64,000 bases of DNA. It comes from an uncultured Clostridia bacterium. Its GTDB lineage: Bacteria; Bacillota; Clostridia; Christensenellales; Aristaeellaceae. Position numbers and translations under genes: made by a program. The notes beneath the pieces are model-generated. The model was not told where the DNA came from. It ran no database searches and saw nothing but the letters and a program-made list of their open reading frames with translations. Where the stretch lies: contig CAKTUS010000002.1 in NCBI GenBank assembly GCA_934621485.1, positions 12,656 to 76,655 on the forward strand, in the 5' to 3' direction. This document shows, one piece after another, positions 35,656-46,093 of the stretch. Within the stretch, counting starts at the first letter, position 1, and every line of letters starts with the position of its first letter.

Positions 35656-36678
35656 TCAGTCCGTTTCCACAACGCCCGGATACTGCGCCATGACCTCTTC
35701 CTCCTGGTTGATAAAGGTGGCTGTACTTTCCGGCTGCTTTTCCATCTTCTGTCCGTCCACCAAAATTTCCACCTTTTTCACACCCGGGAATTGGGAACAG
35801 GTGAATAGAATCGCGCGAATGGCCTGTTGGCCGCCGTCGGTGGTTTCCATGGCCTGCTGAAACTCGCTGCTGAAGTTTACCGTAACCACACCGTCCTTCA
35901 TGGTAACGCCCTTAATACCGCAGTTTTCCGGCAGCGCCCGTTCCAGGCCGCTGTCGCTCTTGGGGCCTTTGGCCAGTTCCAGCACGGCGGTGGTGGGATC
36001 TGCGTCGCTGAATACCGCGCGGGTTACCGGCACCAGCAAGCGTCCCGTCTGTGAGGGGAAGTACAGCTTCACCAGCTCCGCATCATCGGCGAAGGTCGCC
36101 ACGCTTTCCAGATTCAGGTTTCCGCCGTTAAACACGCCGCTTACATCCGTGCCATAGGTCAGTTTGCTGCGTTTTTGCCCGTCAAATTCCAGCGTAACCT
36201 CTTTCACGGTGCCAAAGCAGGTCATGGCGTTGGTCACCGCATCCACCATCAGCGCCTCCTGCTGGGCGCTGGCGCAGCTGAGCGCCTCTTTGCTCAGGTT
36301 CACATTGGCGCGCCCTTTTTGAATGTCAATTTCAAAGGTGGTGTTTTCCGGAATCACCGTGCGGAGCCCCAGCCTGGCGGCCTGCATATCATTTTGGCTG
36401 CTTTTCACCATCAGGCCCAGGGTTGCCTTGGCTATGCCGTCGGTCTTTTCCACCTTGCGGGTCACGGGCACCAGATAGCCCTCTCCATCCTCATAAAACA
36501 CGGTGGTGGATACGGTTTCGGCGTGCGTGGCCGCCGCAGTCTCCTCAATGGGAATGTTGGTTTGCTCCACCAAGACCTGAGAGGTGGTTTTGCCTCCGCC
36601 CTTCAAAGCCAGCACCACCACCAGCGCCGCCGCGCACACAATCAGAATCCGCTCAATATCCGCCCGTTTGATTTTCAT
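35656..36678 (-). CDS. gerM: GerM domain germination/sporulation protein
   Basis: [22 protein letters not shown] is the anchor. Two GerMN-like repeats are present (YLVPVTR.. and LLVPVTR..). It sits in the conserved gerM-rph-rdgB-ysnB context. The ATG at 36678 follows GGAGGAG. Confidence 0.8.
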   Translation of the reverse strand: MKIKRADIERILIVCAAALVVVLALKGGGKTTSQVLVEQTNIPIEETAAATHAETVSTTVFYEDGEGYLVPVTRKVEKTDGIAKATLGLMVKSSQNDMQAARLGLRTVIPENTTFEIDIQKGRANVNLSKEALSCASAQQEALMVDAVTNAMTCFGTVKEVTLEFDGQKRSKLTYGTDVSGVFNGGNLNLESVATFADDAELVKLYFPSQTGRLLVPVTRAVFSDADPTTAVLELAKGPKSDSGLERALPENCGIKGVTMKDGVVTVNFSSEFQQAMETTDGGQQAIRAILFTCSQFPGVKKVEILVDGQKMEKQPESTATFINQEEEVMAQYPGVVETD

Positions 36679-36805
36679 CTTGCTCCACTCCTCCGCAGTC
36701 ATTTGGCTATGAAAGGCTATGACGGAAAAACACGGCGCATGACAATTGCGCTTTTGCCACCCGTGTGTTATGATTTGGTGAACCCACACAAGGAGGAACA
36801 CCGCC

Positions 36806-38554
36806 ATGCCGATGGATGGCTTTACCCTATCGTTTCTGCAAAAGGAGCTTCGCGACACGCTGCTGGGCGGCCGGGTAGACAAGGTGAACCAGCCCGAGCG
36901 GGATGCGCTGCTGCTGCTGGTGCGCTCCGGCGTCAACCACAGGCTGCTGTTAAGCGCCAACGCCAACCAGGCCCGGGCGCAATTAACCGCCCAAAGCTAT
37001 GAGAATCCTGCCGAACCACCCATGTTTTGCATGCTGATGCGCAAGCATCTGCTGGGTTCGCGCATTGTGGATATCGCCCAAATCTCCGGCGACCGCATTT
37101 TGGCCATTGTTTTTGACTGTCTGGATGAAATGGGCGATCATGTGCAAAAGACGCTCTATCTGGAAATCATGGGCCGTCACAGCAACCTGACGCTGGTTAC
37201 TGCCGATGGCGGCATTGTGGACGCCATTCGTCACGTAAACAGCGACATGAGCCGGGTGCGCACGTTGCTCCCCGGCGGAACCTATCAGCTGCCGCCGCAG
37301 CCGGACAAGCTCAGCGGCGACAGCCTGAACGCTCCGGCGCTAAAGCAGCGCCTGTCCGGACTGACGGTGTCCCTTCCCAAAGCGTTGATGGAAACGGTGG
37401 CCGGCATGGCCGGCGTCTGCTCCAGGGAGGTTTGCGCTCAGGTAGGGGTCGATCCCGTTATGCCCTGCACAGAGCTGGATCTGGACGCCGTTTCCACCCG
37501 TCTGGCCAGCTTCTATCACAACGTTCAGCCTCAGCCCGTAGCGCTGTATGACGATGCGGGCCTGGCCATGGATTTCTTTCCTTTCCCCTATCGCACCTTC
37601 AGCCTGGAAAACCAGCGTGCCATGCCCAGCCTGAGCGCCGCCATGGACGCGTTCTATCTGGGACGGGATTTGCGCATGCGTATGCAGCAAAAAAGCCTGG
37701 GGCTGCAAAAGCACGTCAAAAGTGCCCTGGAGCGCACTGAAAAGAAAAAAACCATTATGCTGGACACCTTGCGGCAGACGGACCGAAACGAGGAAAACCG
37801 CGTATACGGCGACCTGCTAACCGCAAACCTGCACCAAATTCAAAAAGGTGCGCTCAGCATAACCGTACAAAACTATTACGACCCCGCCTGCCCGGAAATC
37901 ACCATTCCGCTGTCCAATCGATTATCGCCGTCTCAAAACGCTCAAAGCTATTACAAAAAATACCGCAAGGCCAAGGTGGCCGAGCAGTATGCTCGCGAGC
38001 AGCTGGTTGTCATTGAGCGAGACTTGCAAATTCTCGAAAACGCGCTGGACGATTTGGATAAATGTGAAACCACCGTCGACCTGGCTGAGATTCGGTACGT
38101 ATTAACCGAAAACGGGTTTCTGCGTCCGGACGCCAGCCAGCGCAAGGGCAGCAAGAGCAAAAAGCTTCAAGAGGGCAAGCCTTACCGCTTCACCGCTCCC
38201 GACGGCGCCCTGATTGAAGTAGGGAAAAATTCGCTGCAAAACGACCGGCTTACCCTGCACGCCCGCGGCAATGAAACCTGGCTGCACGCTCAGGGAATTC
38301 CCGGCTCTCATGTCATCATTCGCTCGGAGGAGCCGCCCAGCGATGAAACCCTGTTGTACGCCGCCAAGCTGGCCACCTATTACAGCAAGGGGCGCAGCCA
38401 TCCCCAGCAGGCCGTTGACTACACCCTGCGCAAATATGTCAAAAAGGCCGCCGGTTCCCCGGCCGGACTGGTTACCTACACCCATTTCAAAACGCTGATT
38501 ATCGGCCTTATCCCCAAGGATGTAGCCTATATCATGAAAGAAGCAGCAAAGTGA
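36806..38554 (+). CDS. rqcH: Ribosome quality control factor RqcH (NFACT/FbpA family)
   Basis: The N-terminal NFACT-N (MDGFTLSFLQKEL..VDKVNQPERD), a coiled-coil middle, and the NFACT-R region (WLHAQGIPGSHVIIR) are present. Confidence 0.9.
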   Translation: MPMDGFTLSFLQKELRDTLLGGRVDKVNQPERDALLLLVRSGVNHRLLLSANANQARAQLTAQSYENPAEPPMFCMLMRKHLLGSRIVDIAQISGDRILAIVFDCLDEMGDHVQKTLYLEIMGRHSNLTLVTADGGIVDAIRHVNSDMSRVRTLLPGGTYQLPPQPDKLSGDSLNAPALKQRLSGLTVSLPKALMETVAGMAGVCSREVCAQVGVDPVMPCTELDLDAVSTRLASFYHNVQPQPVALYDDAGLAMDFFPFPYRTFSLENQRAMPSLSAAMDAFYLGRDLRMRMQQKSLGLQKHVKSALERTEKKKTIMLDTLRQTDRNEENRVYGDLLTANLHQIQKGALSITVQNYYDPACPEITIPLSNRLSPSQNAQSYYKKYRKAKVAEQYAREQLVVIERDLQILENALDDLDKCETTVDLAEIRYVLTENGFLRPDASQRKGSKSKKLQEGKPYRFTAPDGALIEVGKNSLQNDRLTLHARGNETWLHAQGIPGSHVIIRSEEPPSDETLLYAAKLATYYSKGRSHPQQAVDYTLRKYVKKAAGSPAGLVTYTHFKTLIIGLIPKDVAYIMKEAAK

Positions 38555-38561
38555 GGAATGT

Positions 38562-39128
38562 GTGATGAATGTTCATCTGCGGATTGCCACCCCAAACGAT
38601 GCCTCTGTGATTTACGAAATCTACGATTTCTATATTGCCAACTCCCTGGCCACGTTTAACGAAATAAACAAAACCGTGGAGGAACGTTCCCAGGAAATCG
38701 CTGCTTTGCTGGAAACTTACCCCTTTTTGGTGGCTGAAGACGAGTTGGGACGTTTCCTGGGCTTTGCCAACGCCGAGCCATTCCGGCCCCAAAGCGGCTA
38801 TCGCTACACGGTGGAGCTGACCATCTACCTGCATCCGAAAACGCCGCACCACAGCGGCGTAGGCAAGCTGCTGTACACGGCGCTGCTGCGCATGCTCCGG
38901 GAGCAGGGCTTCCACACTGCCTATGCGGTGCTTTGGAGCGAAAACCAGGAAAGCCTGCGTCTGCACGAAAGTTTCGGCTTTGAACCGTTCGCACGTTTTG
39001 AAAAAACTGCCTACAAGCATGGCCGCTGGCTGGATTCCCTCTATCTGCGCAAAACCCTTGCCGATTTTACCCCGACTCCCTCCCCTGTCATTCCCTTTTG
39101 CCAGTATCGCAAGGGGCTTACGCTCTGA
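38562..39128 (+). CDS. GNAT family N-acetyltransferase (phosphinothricin/MSO acetyltransferase-like)
   Basis: IRIATPNDASVIYEIYDFYIANSLATF and the acetyl-CoA motif HSGVGKLLY are present. Confidence 0.85.
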   Translation: MMNVHLRIATPNDASVIYEIYDFYIANSLATFNEINKTVEERSQEIAALLETYPFLVAEDELGRFLGFANAEPFRPQSGYRYTVELTIYLHPKTPHHSGVGKLLYTALLRMLREQGFHTAYAVLWSENQESLRLHESFGFEPFARFEKTAYKHGRWLDSLYLRKTLADFTPTPSPVIPFCQYRKGLTL

Positions 39129-39142
39129 GCGTTCTAAACGCC

Positions 39143-39188
39143 AAGCCCCGTCTCCGCGCTAAGACAACGGAGACGGGGCTTGATTTTT
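39143..39188. terminator. Bidirectional terminator between the GNAT and cystatin-like genes
   Basis: aagccccgtctccg-11 nt-cggagacggggctt forms a 14-bp stem, followed by gattttt on the plus strand. Confidence 0.8.
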
Positions 39189-39197
39189 GTTGGTTCC

Positions 39198-39554
39198 TTA
39201 ATACTCACAAAGCGCGCCAAAGTCAAAATCGGCAATGTTCATTAGGGTTACGTTGCCCTGCAAATCCTGGTACAGATAAACCAGCACATAGGAAGGCTGC
39301 GCATCCGGAGCCACAACTGTCGCCTGGCACAAAAAGCATTCATTGGTACCCGCCACCACCTGGGAACCTAGATAGGCAACCGGCACATAGGTTACTCCCA
39401 GCAGTTCTGCCGTTCCCTGTTCCACCAGGCTGCGCAGTTCCTCCGTGATTGTGGGATCTTCGGAGGGAGTCCATCCGCCCGTCATTGTTTCCGCCGTAGC
39501 GGCAGAGCCTAGCAGCAGGCAAACCAGCATTAGCATCATCAGTATTTTCTTCAT
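39198..39554 (-). CDS. Secreted stefin/cystatin-like protein
   Basis: Signal peptide [21 protein letters not shown] follows the RBS GGAGGAG. The mature part has an N-terminal GG, the motif QVVAGTNE (animal stefins have QVVAGTNY) and the overall spacing of stefin A/B. Confidence 0.75.
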   Translation of the reverse strand: [118 protein letters not shown]

Positions 39555-39620
39555 CCTTTTCTCCTCCTTTTCTTTTGGGTTCCATTTGGAAGAAACGACG
39601 ATAGCCGGAAAAGGTTCCAT

Positions 39621-39663
39621 AAAAAAAGAAAAAACCCGACACAACGCGATTTGTCGTGCCGGG
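39621..39663 (-). terminator. Rho-independent terminator of ftsZ
   Basis: On the minus strand: cccggcacgac-7 nt-gttgtgtcggg (11 bp including 2 G-U pairs) followed by TTTTTTCTTTTTTT. Confidence 0.8.
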
Positions 39664-39675
39664 TGAAAAGCCTTT

Positions 39676-41187
39676 TTACTTTCTGGAGGGCCTTCTCAGG
39701 AAGGCAGGCACGCCCAGGTTATCCCGCTCCACCGTAGTGGGTTGAGGCGCGGGTTCCGGCTGAGCCGGCTGCTGCTGAGGCTGAACGGCGTTTTCCATCG
39801 GCTGTTGAGCCGCGGGCTGCTGCATGCTCTGATACTGCTGGCCATATTCCATCTGAGGCATTTGTGGCTGCTGAGGCTGAGCGCCCATGGGCTGATAGCC
39901 CTGTTGGGGCTGCTGCATGCCATAGTCCAGACCGCCGTACTGCGGCGTTTGATAGCTCTGCCCAAAGGTAGCGCCATACATCTGACCGCTCTGGCCCAGC
40001 TGAGGCATAGCGGCAGGGGTGGGAATGGCGTTGCCGCCCATGTTGTAGCCGCCGAACTGGCTCTGCTCCTCAGGCATCCCAAAGCTCATGTCCTCAAAAG
40101 AGGGCGTGGGATAATCCTGCTGAACGCCAGAGGAGGCCCCATAGCTGCGGCTGTTGTCGCCGGAAAAGCTGCGAGTCCAATCCCGCTCGCCGGAAGCGCT
40201 CTTTTTCTTTTCTTCCTTCTTGGGGAAGGGGGTCTTTTCAAATCCGGTGGCGATAACGGTAATCCGCACCTCGTCGTCCATGCTTTCATCAATGCCTGCG
40301 CCAAAAATGATGTTGGCCTCGCTGTCGGCAGCCTGCATCACCAGGTTTGCGGCTTCGTTGATGTCGATGATGCTCATATCCTCGCCGCCGGTGATGTTAA
40401 TGAGCACCGCGCGAGCGCCGTCGATGCTGGTTTCCAGCAGCGGGCTGGAAATGGCGTTTTTGGCGGCCTCCACCATGCGGTTTTCGCCCTTGCCAACGCC
40501 GATGCCCATATGGGCCATGCCGCCGGATTCCATCACGGTCTTTACGTCTGCAAAGTCCAGGTTAATCAGCGCAGGCACGGCAATCAGGTCGCTGATGCCC
40601 TGAATACCCTGGCGAAGCACGTCGTCCGCAATGCGGAAAGCTTCCAGCATGGAGGTACCCTTGGTAACCACCTGCAAAAGCCGGTCGTTGGGAATCACCA
40701 CCAGGGTGTCCACCCGCTGTTTCAGGTCGATAACGCCCATTTCAGCGTTCTTCATGCGCTGTTTGCCTTCAAAAGCAAAAGGCTTGGTAACCACAGCAAT
40801 GGTCAGGCAGTTCAGATCCCTGGCGATTTCCGCCACGATTGGGGCCGCGCCCGTACCGGTGCCGCCGCCCATACCGGCGGTTACAAAAACCAGATCCGCC
40901 CCCTTGATGGCCTGAGCGATTTCCTCGCGGCTTTCTTCGGCGGCGCGGCGGCCCACATCAGGCACAGCGCCCGCGCCAAGGCCCTTGGTCAGCTTTTCAC
41001 CGATCTGGATGGTGGTGCTGGCCTTGCTCATGGCCAGAGCCTGGCGATCGGTATTGATGGCGATAAATTCCACGCCCTTCAACCCGGCGTCCACCATGCG
41101 ATTGATGGCGTTGTTTCCAGCGCCGCCGCAGCCGATCACTTTGATGGTTGCAAAGCTCTGTTGATCCTCAATCTGAAATTCCAGCAC
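39676..41187 (-). CDS. ftsZ: Cell division protein FtsZ with a long Gln/Pro/Met-rich linker
   Basis: [10 protein letters not shown] tubulin signature. A low-complexity linker of about 150 aa is followed by the conserved C-terminal peptide [11 protein letters not shown]. Confidence 0.97.
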   Translation of the reverse strand: MLEFQIEDQQSFATIKVIGCGGAGNNAINRMVDAGLKGVEFIAINTDRQALAMSKASTTIQIGEKLTKGLGAGAVPDVGRRAAEESREEIAQAIKGADLVFVTAGMGGGTGTGAAPIVAEIARDLNCLTIAVVTKPFAFEGKQRMKNAEMGVIDLKQRVDTLVVIPNDRLLQVVTKGTSMLEAFRIADDVLRQGIQGISDLIAVPALINLDFADVKTVMESGGMAHMGIGVGKGENRMVEAAKNAISSPLLETSIDGARAVLINITGGEDMSIIDINEAANLVMQAADSEANIIFGAGIDESMDDEVRITVIATGFEKTPFPKKEEKKKSASGERDWTRSFSGDNSRSYGASSGVQQDYPTPSFEDMSFGMPEEQSQFGGYNMGGNAIPTPAAMPQLGQSGQMYGATFGQSYQTPQYGGLDYGMQQPQQGYQPMGAQPQQPQMPQMEYGQQYQSMQQPAAQQPMENAVQPQQQPAQPEPAPQPTTVERDNLGVPAFLRRPSRK

Positions 41188-41234
41188 AGTGCATCCTCCT
41201 AGCTTCTATTTGCTTCCGTCGTAATCATGAACTG

Positions 41235-42428
41235 TCAGCCGCCAAGCAGGCTCTTGAAAAAGTCCTTGATGACGCCTGAAGGTCCGCTGGCCGGCGCATT
41301 GCGGGCCTCGATGGTGTCGATAATCAAATCCATCAGACCCATGGCGCTGGCGTAAATCGGGCTGGAAAGCTTAATGGTGCGCTTTACCGTGTCGCGCACG
41401 GGCTTTTCCAGCTTGGCGGCCAGGTAATCCCTGCCGCCTCGGTTCAGGCTCAAACCGCCGCCGGTCAAATAGATGGTGGACCAATTGCCCAGCTTAATGC
41501 CGCTTTCTTCGATGCAGTCCTTAATCATCTCCGCAATCTCGTCCACCCGGGGCTCCAGCACCGCGGCCACCTCCTCCTGGGAGAAGGTTTTGCTCTTCAC
41601 CGCATCGCCGTCGGACACGGTATAGGATTGCGAAATCGTAGAAATTCCATACACATACTCGCGTTTGATCTGCTCGGCGCTCTCCAGGGGAATGGACAGG
41701 CCCTCGGCAATATCGGCGGCAATATGCCCGCCGCCTACCGGCAGGGTTTTCTGGAAGATGATTGCGTCTCCCTCCACCGCCATCACATCGGTGCAAAGAT
41801 AGCCGATGTCAATCAGCAGCGCCGTGCGGTCCCGGTCTTCCTCCAGCAGGTACAGCATGGCTTCGCCGGTGGAGCTGGAGAAAAAGCCGCTGACAGTGAT
41901 GTTCATGTCCCGCAGGCGCGCCATCACATCATCCAGGAAAAAGGTATCGGCCACCACAAAGCTGACCAGCGCCTTGAGTTCCGTTCCCTTCAGGCCCACG
42001 GGTTCCAGCGTTTTTTTGCCGCCATCCACCATGAACCAGGCAGGGCTGCGGTGTACCACCACGCCGCGCACAGGCGAAAGCTGCTTGTCCGCCTCGGCAA
42101 AAATCTTTTCCACATGGCGGGGCGTTACCCGCGGATCCGCGCCCTGAATGGTCACGCTGGTTTCCACCGCGTACACCCGCGTAAACTCGCCGGGCACACC
42201 CACGTTTATTTCGCGAATTTTGCGCTTCGACTGGGTTTCCGCCTCGGTGATCGATTTTTGAATGGCCTCGTTGAGCAGCGTGGTATTGTTCCACTCGCCG
42301 TCCAAAAAGCCGTCGTAGGCGGCAATGCCCGCTCCGATGATGTCGCAGCGCTGCGTACCGCTGGTTTCGGCCACGAGCGTTACCATTTTGCATGTGCCAA
42401 AATCAATAGCAGCAATCGTTGATTTCAT
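41235..42428 (-). CDS. ftsA: Cell division protein FtsA
   Basis: Actin-like fold with AAIDFGT and TGGG motifs. A C-terminal amphipathic helix (VIKDFFKSLL) is present. It lies immediately upstream of ftsZ. Confidence 0.9.
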   Translation of the reverse strand: MKSTIAAIDFGTCKMVTLVAETSGTQRCDIIGAGIAAYDGFLDGEWNNTTLLNEAIQKSITEAETQSKRKIREINVGVPGEFTRVYAVETSVTIQGADPRVTPRHVEKIFAEADKQLSPVRGVVVHRSPAWFMVDGGKKTLEPVGLKGTELKALVSFVVADTFFLDDVMARLRDMNITVSGFFSSSTGEAMLYLLEEDRDRTALLIDIGYLCTDVMAVEGDAIIFQKTLPVGGGHIAADIAEGLSIPLESAEQIKREYVYGISTISQSYTVSDGDAVKSKTFSQEEVAAVLEPRVDEIAEMIKDCIEESGIKLGNWSTIYLTGGGLSLNRGGRDYLAAKLEKPVRDTVKRTIKLSSPIYASAMGLMDLIIDTIEARNAPASGPSGVIKDFFKSLLGG

Positions 42429-42626
42429 AACAAACCAATCCCCTGTTCATCAGGAATCAGCCGCCGGGAACGGTGATCCGGGCGGCAGGCTGAGCGCTTA
42501 TTCAGCAAATGCAAAGCACCCAAAGTACCATTATTTATTGTAACCGTTTTGCTACAAAATCGCAAGCATATTCCTGCTTTTTTTTCATGTTTTTGAGAAT
42601 TCTTTTGTAACGATTTGCCAGGCGTG

Positions 42627-43535
42627 TCAGCTTTCCGGCATAAAGGTGGCGTCTTCCGGCGTGGTCACGTCCAGCACCCCGCTGAACTTGCCCAATTGGC
42701 GCAGATAAGCCATGTAGGTGCGCACTGCGCCTATCTTGGCGCGCATGATGCTGGCGTCGCCCATGCGCACGGTAACGCCTTCCCGGGTAATCAGGTAAAT
42801 GCTCTCCGGGTTCGCCAGGTTGATTTCCGCCACCTGGTCGGTGTAGAGCTGCTTTTCCAGTTCGGAAACAATGTTGCAATAAGCGTCCAGTTGATTTTGA
42901 GAACGCAGCATCAGCTTCTGCCCCACATAGATGCTGCCGGCCCGAAAGCCGGTTACCACCGGCAGCCCATCCGGCAGGGCCGAATCGTTGCGCTGCTCCA
43001 TTACCATGCCCTCGTCATCCAGCAGATACAAAACGCCCAGCCACTGCATGGCGGCCGCCACCTTGCGTTCCTCAATGTATAAATAGATGGTGCCGGGGTA
43101 CTCCTTTTGCATACCCTTGAATACAATGGTATGGTCCTTGCTGAGCGCCTTGGCCACATCCGCCTCCTCAATCCCCAGCATATTGCGGTCCTGCACCAGG
43201 CCGCTGGCGGCCACCACCTGCTGCGGCGTTTTCTGCTGGTTGCCGATCACGTATACCGTCGTGAGGCGAAAAAAGCGCTCCTGCACCACCACCAGCAGCA
43301 CCGTCAGCGCCGCCAGTATCGCCAGAAATTTGAAAAAGCCTTCTGTTTTCCGCTTTTTGCGAAGGGTTTGGGCCTGGGCTACAACAGTGGCCGGCTCGGC
43401 AGGCGGAAGCGGCGTTTCGGCTCCTGCTTCCGCCTGCTCCTCCTGCGCCTGATGCACATAATCATAGGTGTATTCGCCGTAGGCCCGAAATTCGTCGCGC
43501 TGGTTTTCGCCCTTGCGCTTTGGCCGCCTGCTCAT
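42627..43535 (-). CDS. ftsQ: FtsQ/DivIB-type cell division protein
   Basis: Basic N-terminus, a single TM helix (FLAILAALTVLLVVV) and a POTRA-like segment. Its position between murA and ftsA fits. Confidence 0.8.
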   Translation of the reverse strand: MSRRPKRKGENQRDEFRAYGEYTYDYVHQAQEEQAEAGAETPLPPAEPATVVAQAQTLRKKRKTEGFFKFLAILAALTVLLVVVQERFFRLTTVYVIGNQQKTPQQVVAASGLVQDRNMLGIEEADVAKALSKDHTIVFKGMQKEYPGTIYLYIEERKVAAAMQWLGVLYLLDDEGMVMEQRNDSALPDGLPVVTGFRAGSIYVGQKLMLRSQNQLDAYCNIVSELEKQLYTDQVAEINLANPESIYLITREGVTVRMGDASIMRAKIGAVRTYMAYLRQLGKFSGVLDVTTPEDATFMPES

Positions 43536-43555
43536 GTACCTTCCCTCCTAACGGC

Positions 43556-44821
43556 TTACGCCTCTATCGCAACTCTCTTCACATCCGCCCCCAGGGCGCA
43601 AAGCATGTTTTCCATTCGGTCATAGCCCCGGTCAATGAGCTCCGCATGCTCCACCAGGGTTTCGCCCTCGGCTCTCAGGCCGGCAATCGCCAGGGCTGCG
43701 CCTCCCCGCAAATCCCGGGCCGTAACCCTTGCGCCATACAGGCGCTTCACCCCCTGCACAACGGCGGTGCGTCCGTTCACCAGCACATTGGCGCCCATGC
43801 GTTTCAAATCACCGGCATGGGTAAAGCGATTCTCAAATACATTCTCCACCACCACGGAGGTTCCTTCCGCCCCAGTGGCCAAAGCCAGCATCTGCACCTG
43901 CATATCGGTGGGAAAGCCGGGATGAGGCTGGGTTTGCAGCATGGGAAACGCCCTCAGCCGTGCGGGGGCGTGCAGCCGCACCCCGTAGCCCTCCTGGGTA
44001 ACGACGCACCCCATTTCTCTCAATTTGGAAAAGATTGCATACATGGCTTCGCATGGCGCGCGTTTCAGGAAAACGGATCCGCCCGTATTGGCGGCGGCGG
44101 CCAGCAGCGTGCCCGCTACAATCCGGTCCGGCATGGGCCGGTACACCGTTCCGTGCATGCACGGAACGCCCTCTACCGTGATGGTGTGGGTGCCCGCGCC
44201 GCTAACCTTGGCCCCCATGGCGCACATAAGCTGCTGCAAATCCAGTATTTCAGGCTCTCGGGCCACGTTGTGCAGCAGGGTGGTGCCTTTCAGCAGGGCT
44301 GCCGCCATCATCACGTTTTCCGTTGCGCCCACGCTGGGGTAATCAAAATGAACCACTCCGGCGCGCATGTTTCGTCCGTCACAATGAATCATGCCGCCTT
44401 CTTCCCGTACCTCCACGCCCAATTGCCGCAGCCCGCTCAAATGCAAATTGATGGGGCGAAGCCCAATCTCGCACCCGCCGGGAAAGGTGACGGTCGCCTT
44501 GCGGAAGCGGGCCACAATTGGCCCCAGCAAAAAGATTGACGAACGGATTTTTTTGGACAGGCCGTCCGGCATTTCATAGCTGCTCAGGCCCTGGGGATCA
44601 ATCACAATCGCGCCGTTCTCCCGGCGGGTCCGGCAGCCCAGCGTTTCCAGAATCACCGCCATGTACCCAATATCGCTCAAAGCCGGGCAGTCCGTGACCA
44701 CCGTTTGCTGGTCCGTTAAAATGGAAGCCGCCAAAATCGGCAAAATGGCGTTTTTGGCGCTATGTACCGTGCACTCCCCTTCCAGGCGTCTGCCGCCCGT
44801 CATCTTCAAGGCGTCCATCAT
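43556..44821 (-). CDS. murA: UDP-N-acetylglucosamine 1-carboxyvinyltransferase
   Basis: GECTVHSAKNAILPILAASIL and CEIGLRPINLH contain the catalytic Cys loop. The start is at 44821 or 44818, after GGAGGTGG. Confidence 0.95.
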   Translation of the reverse strand: MMDALKMTGGRRLEGECTVHSAKNAILPILAASILTDQQTVVTDCPALSDIGYMAVILETLGCRTRRENGAIVIDPQGLSSYEMPDGLSKKIRSSIFLLGPIVARFRKATVTFPGGCEIGLRPINLHLSGLRQLGVEVREEGGMIHCDGRNMRAGVVHFDYPSVGATENVMMAAALLKGTTLLHNVAREPEILDLQQLMCAMGAKVSGAGTHTITVEGVPCMHGTVYRPMPDRIVAGTLLAAAANTGGSVFLKRAPCEAMYAIFSKLREMGCVVTQEGYGVRLHAPARLRAFPMLQTQPHPGFPTDMQVQMLALATGAEGTSVVVENVFENRFTHAGDLKRMGANVLVNGRTAVVQGVKRLYGARVTARDLRGGAALAIAGLRAEGETLVEHAELIDRGYDRMENMLCALGADVKRVAIEA

Positions 44822-44882
44822 TCCACCTCCGTCAAACAGTTCATGCACCATCCTATGACGTGCCTGACGAAGTGTGAAAAGG

Positions 44883-46040
44883 TTAATGCGGACAAGAGCG
44901 GGAAACGTTCAGGATGATGCCTGTTGCGGCCATCAGCAGCGAAATGGACGTGCCGCCGGCGCTGAAGAAGGGCAGCGGAAGGCCTGTAGTGGGCATAACG
45001 CCAATAACCACCCCAATGTTGATGATAGCCTGCACGGTAATCATCGCGGTGAGGCCGGCCGCCAGCAGGCAGCCATAGCGGTCGTCGCAGGAAACGGCAA
45101 TGCGCATCCCGGCAAAGGCGAAGGCGGCAAACAGCAGAATAACCACCGTGCAGCCCAGCAGGCCAAAGTCCTCCCCTACAATGGCGAAAATAAAATCGCT
45201 TTCCGGGTATGGCAGATAGCTGAATTTTTGCCTGCCCTGACCCAGGCCGCGGCCAAACAGCCCGCCGGAGCCAATGGCAATCAGCGACTGAGCCAGCTGG
45301 TAGCCCTCGTCGCTCATCTGGGCAAACGGATCCCGGAAGGACAGCAGCCGTTCCCGGCGGTAGGGTTCAATCCAGGCATACACCATGCCCACACACCCCG
45401 CCGCCACGCCCAGCAGTCCCAAATGCCGCCATCTGGCTCCCGCCAGCAGAATCATCAATAGCGCCACAATCATGATGCTGCCAGCCGTGGACAGGTTCGG
45501 CTGCTGCAAAATGAGCAAAAACATCACCGCCGGAACCGCCAGCAGCGGCAGCACGCCCTGAAACAGCAGGTGCAGCTTTTCCGCCCGGTAGCTCAGGGTG
45601 GAGGCCAAGTACAGCACCGAAGCGATCTTGGCCAGTTCGGAGGGCTGAAAGCTCATGCCCGCAAGGTTCAGCCAGCGCCGGGAACCGTTCAGGTTAACGC
45701 CGATTCCGGGAATCAGCACCGCTACCAGTAGCAGCGCACTGACGGCCAGGGCCGCCACCACCACCCGGGAATCCCGCCAAAAGCGGTAGGGAATTCGGCT
45801 GGTAAGCAGCATCAGTACGCCGCCCAGCCCAATGCCGATTAGTTGCTTTTTCACTTCCAGCAGCGCGTCGCCCTGGTCTACCGCCTTATAATAGGTGGCG
45901 CTGAACAGGGCCAGCAGCCCGCACATCATCAGCAGGGAAAGCACCAGCAGCAGCGTGCCGTCCATCCGCTGCCTGCGCCGTTTTAGGAAACGCCCCGTAG
46001 TCGCCGGTTTTGCCTGAATCAAAAAAGCCCCTCCCTCCAC
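44883..46040 (-). CDS. FtsW/RodA/SpoVE family peptidoglycan polymerase
   Basis: It has about 10 TM helices and a typical SEDS C-terminus (GVMPTTGLPLPFFSAGGTS). The start is uncertain: either GTG at 46040 or TTG at 46022 after GGAGGGAGGGG. Confidence 0.9.
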   Translation of the reverse strand: MEGGAFLIQAKPATTGRFLKRRRQRMDGTLLLVLSLLMMCGLLALFSATYYKAVDQGDALLEVKKQLIGIGLGGVLMLLTSRIPYRFWRDSRVVVAALAVSALLLVAVLIPGIGVNLNGSRRWLNLAGMSFQPSELAKIASVLYLASTLSYRAEKLHLLFQGVLPLLAVPAVMFLLILQQPNLSTAGSIMIVALLMILLAGARWRHLGLLGVAAGCVGMVYAWIEPYRRERLLSFRDPFAQMSDEGYQLAQSLIAIGSGGLFGRGLGQGRQKFSYLPYPESDFIFAIVGEDFGLLGCTVVILLFAAFAFAGMRIAVSCDDRYGCLLAAGLTAMITVQAIINIGVVIGVMPTTGLPLPFFSAGGTSISLLMAATGIILNVSRSCPH

Positions 46041-46093
46041 TCGATGCTCCGTCTTTGGTGCGCATCTCTTCCGCGAGGGGAAGGGCTTTTTCG

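Noticed and set aside
39676-40250. The Gln/Pro/Met/Gly-rich repetitive 3' third of ftsZ as a possible separate gene or degenerate repeat insertion.
   Set aside because: It is in frame and is followed by the conserved FtsZ C-terminal peptide ([11 protein letters not shown]). It matches the known variable disordered linker of FtsZ, only longer than usual.
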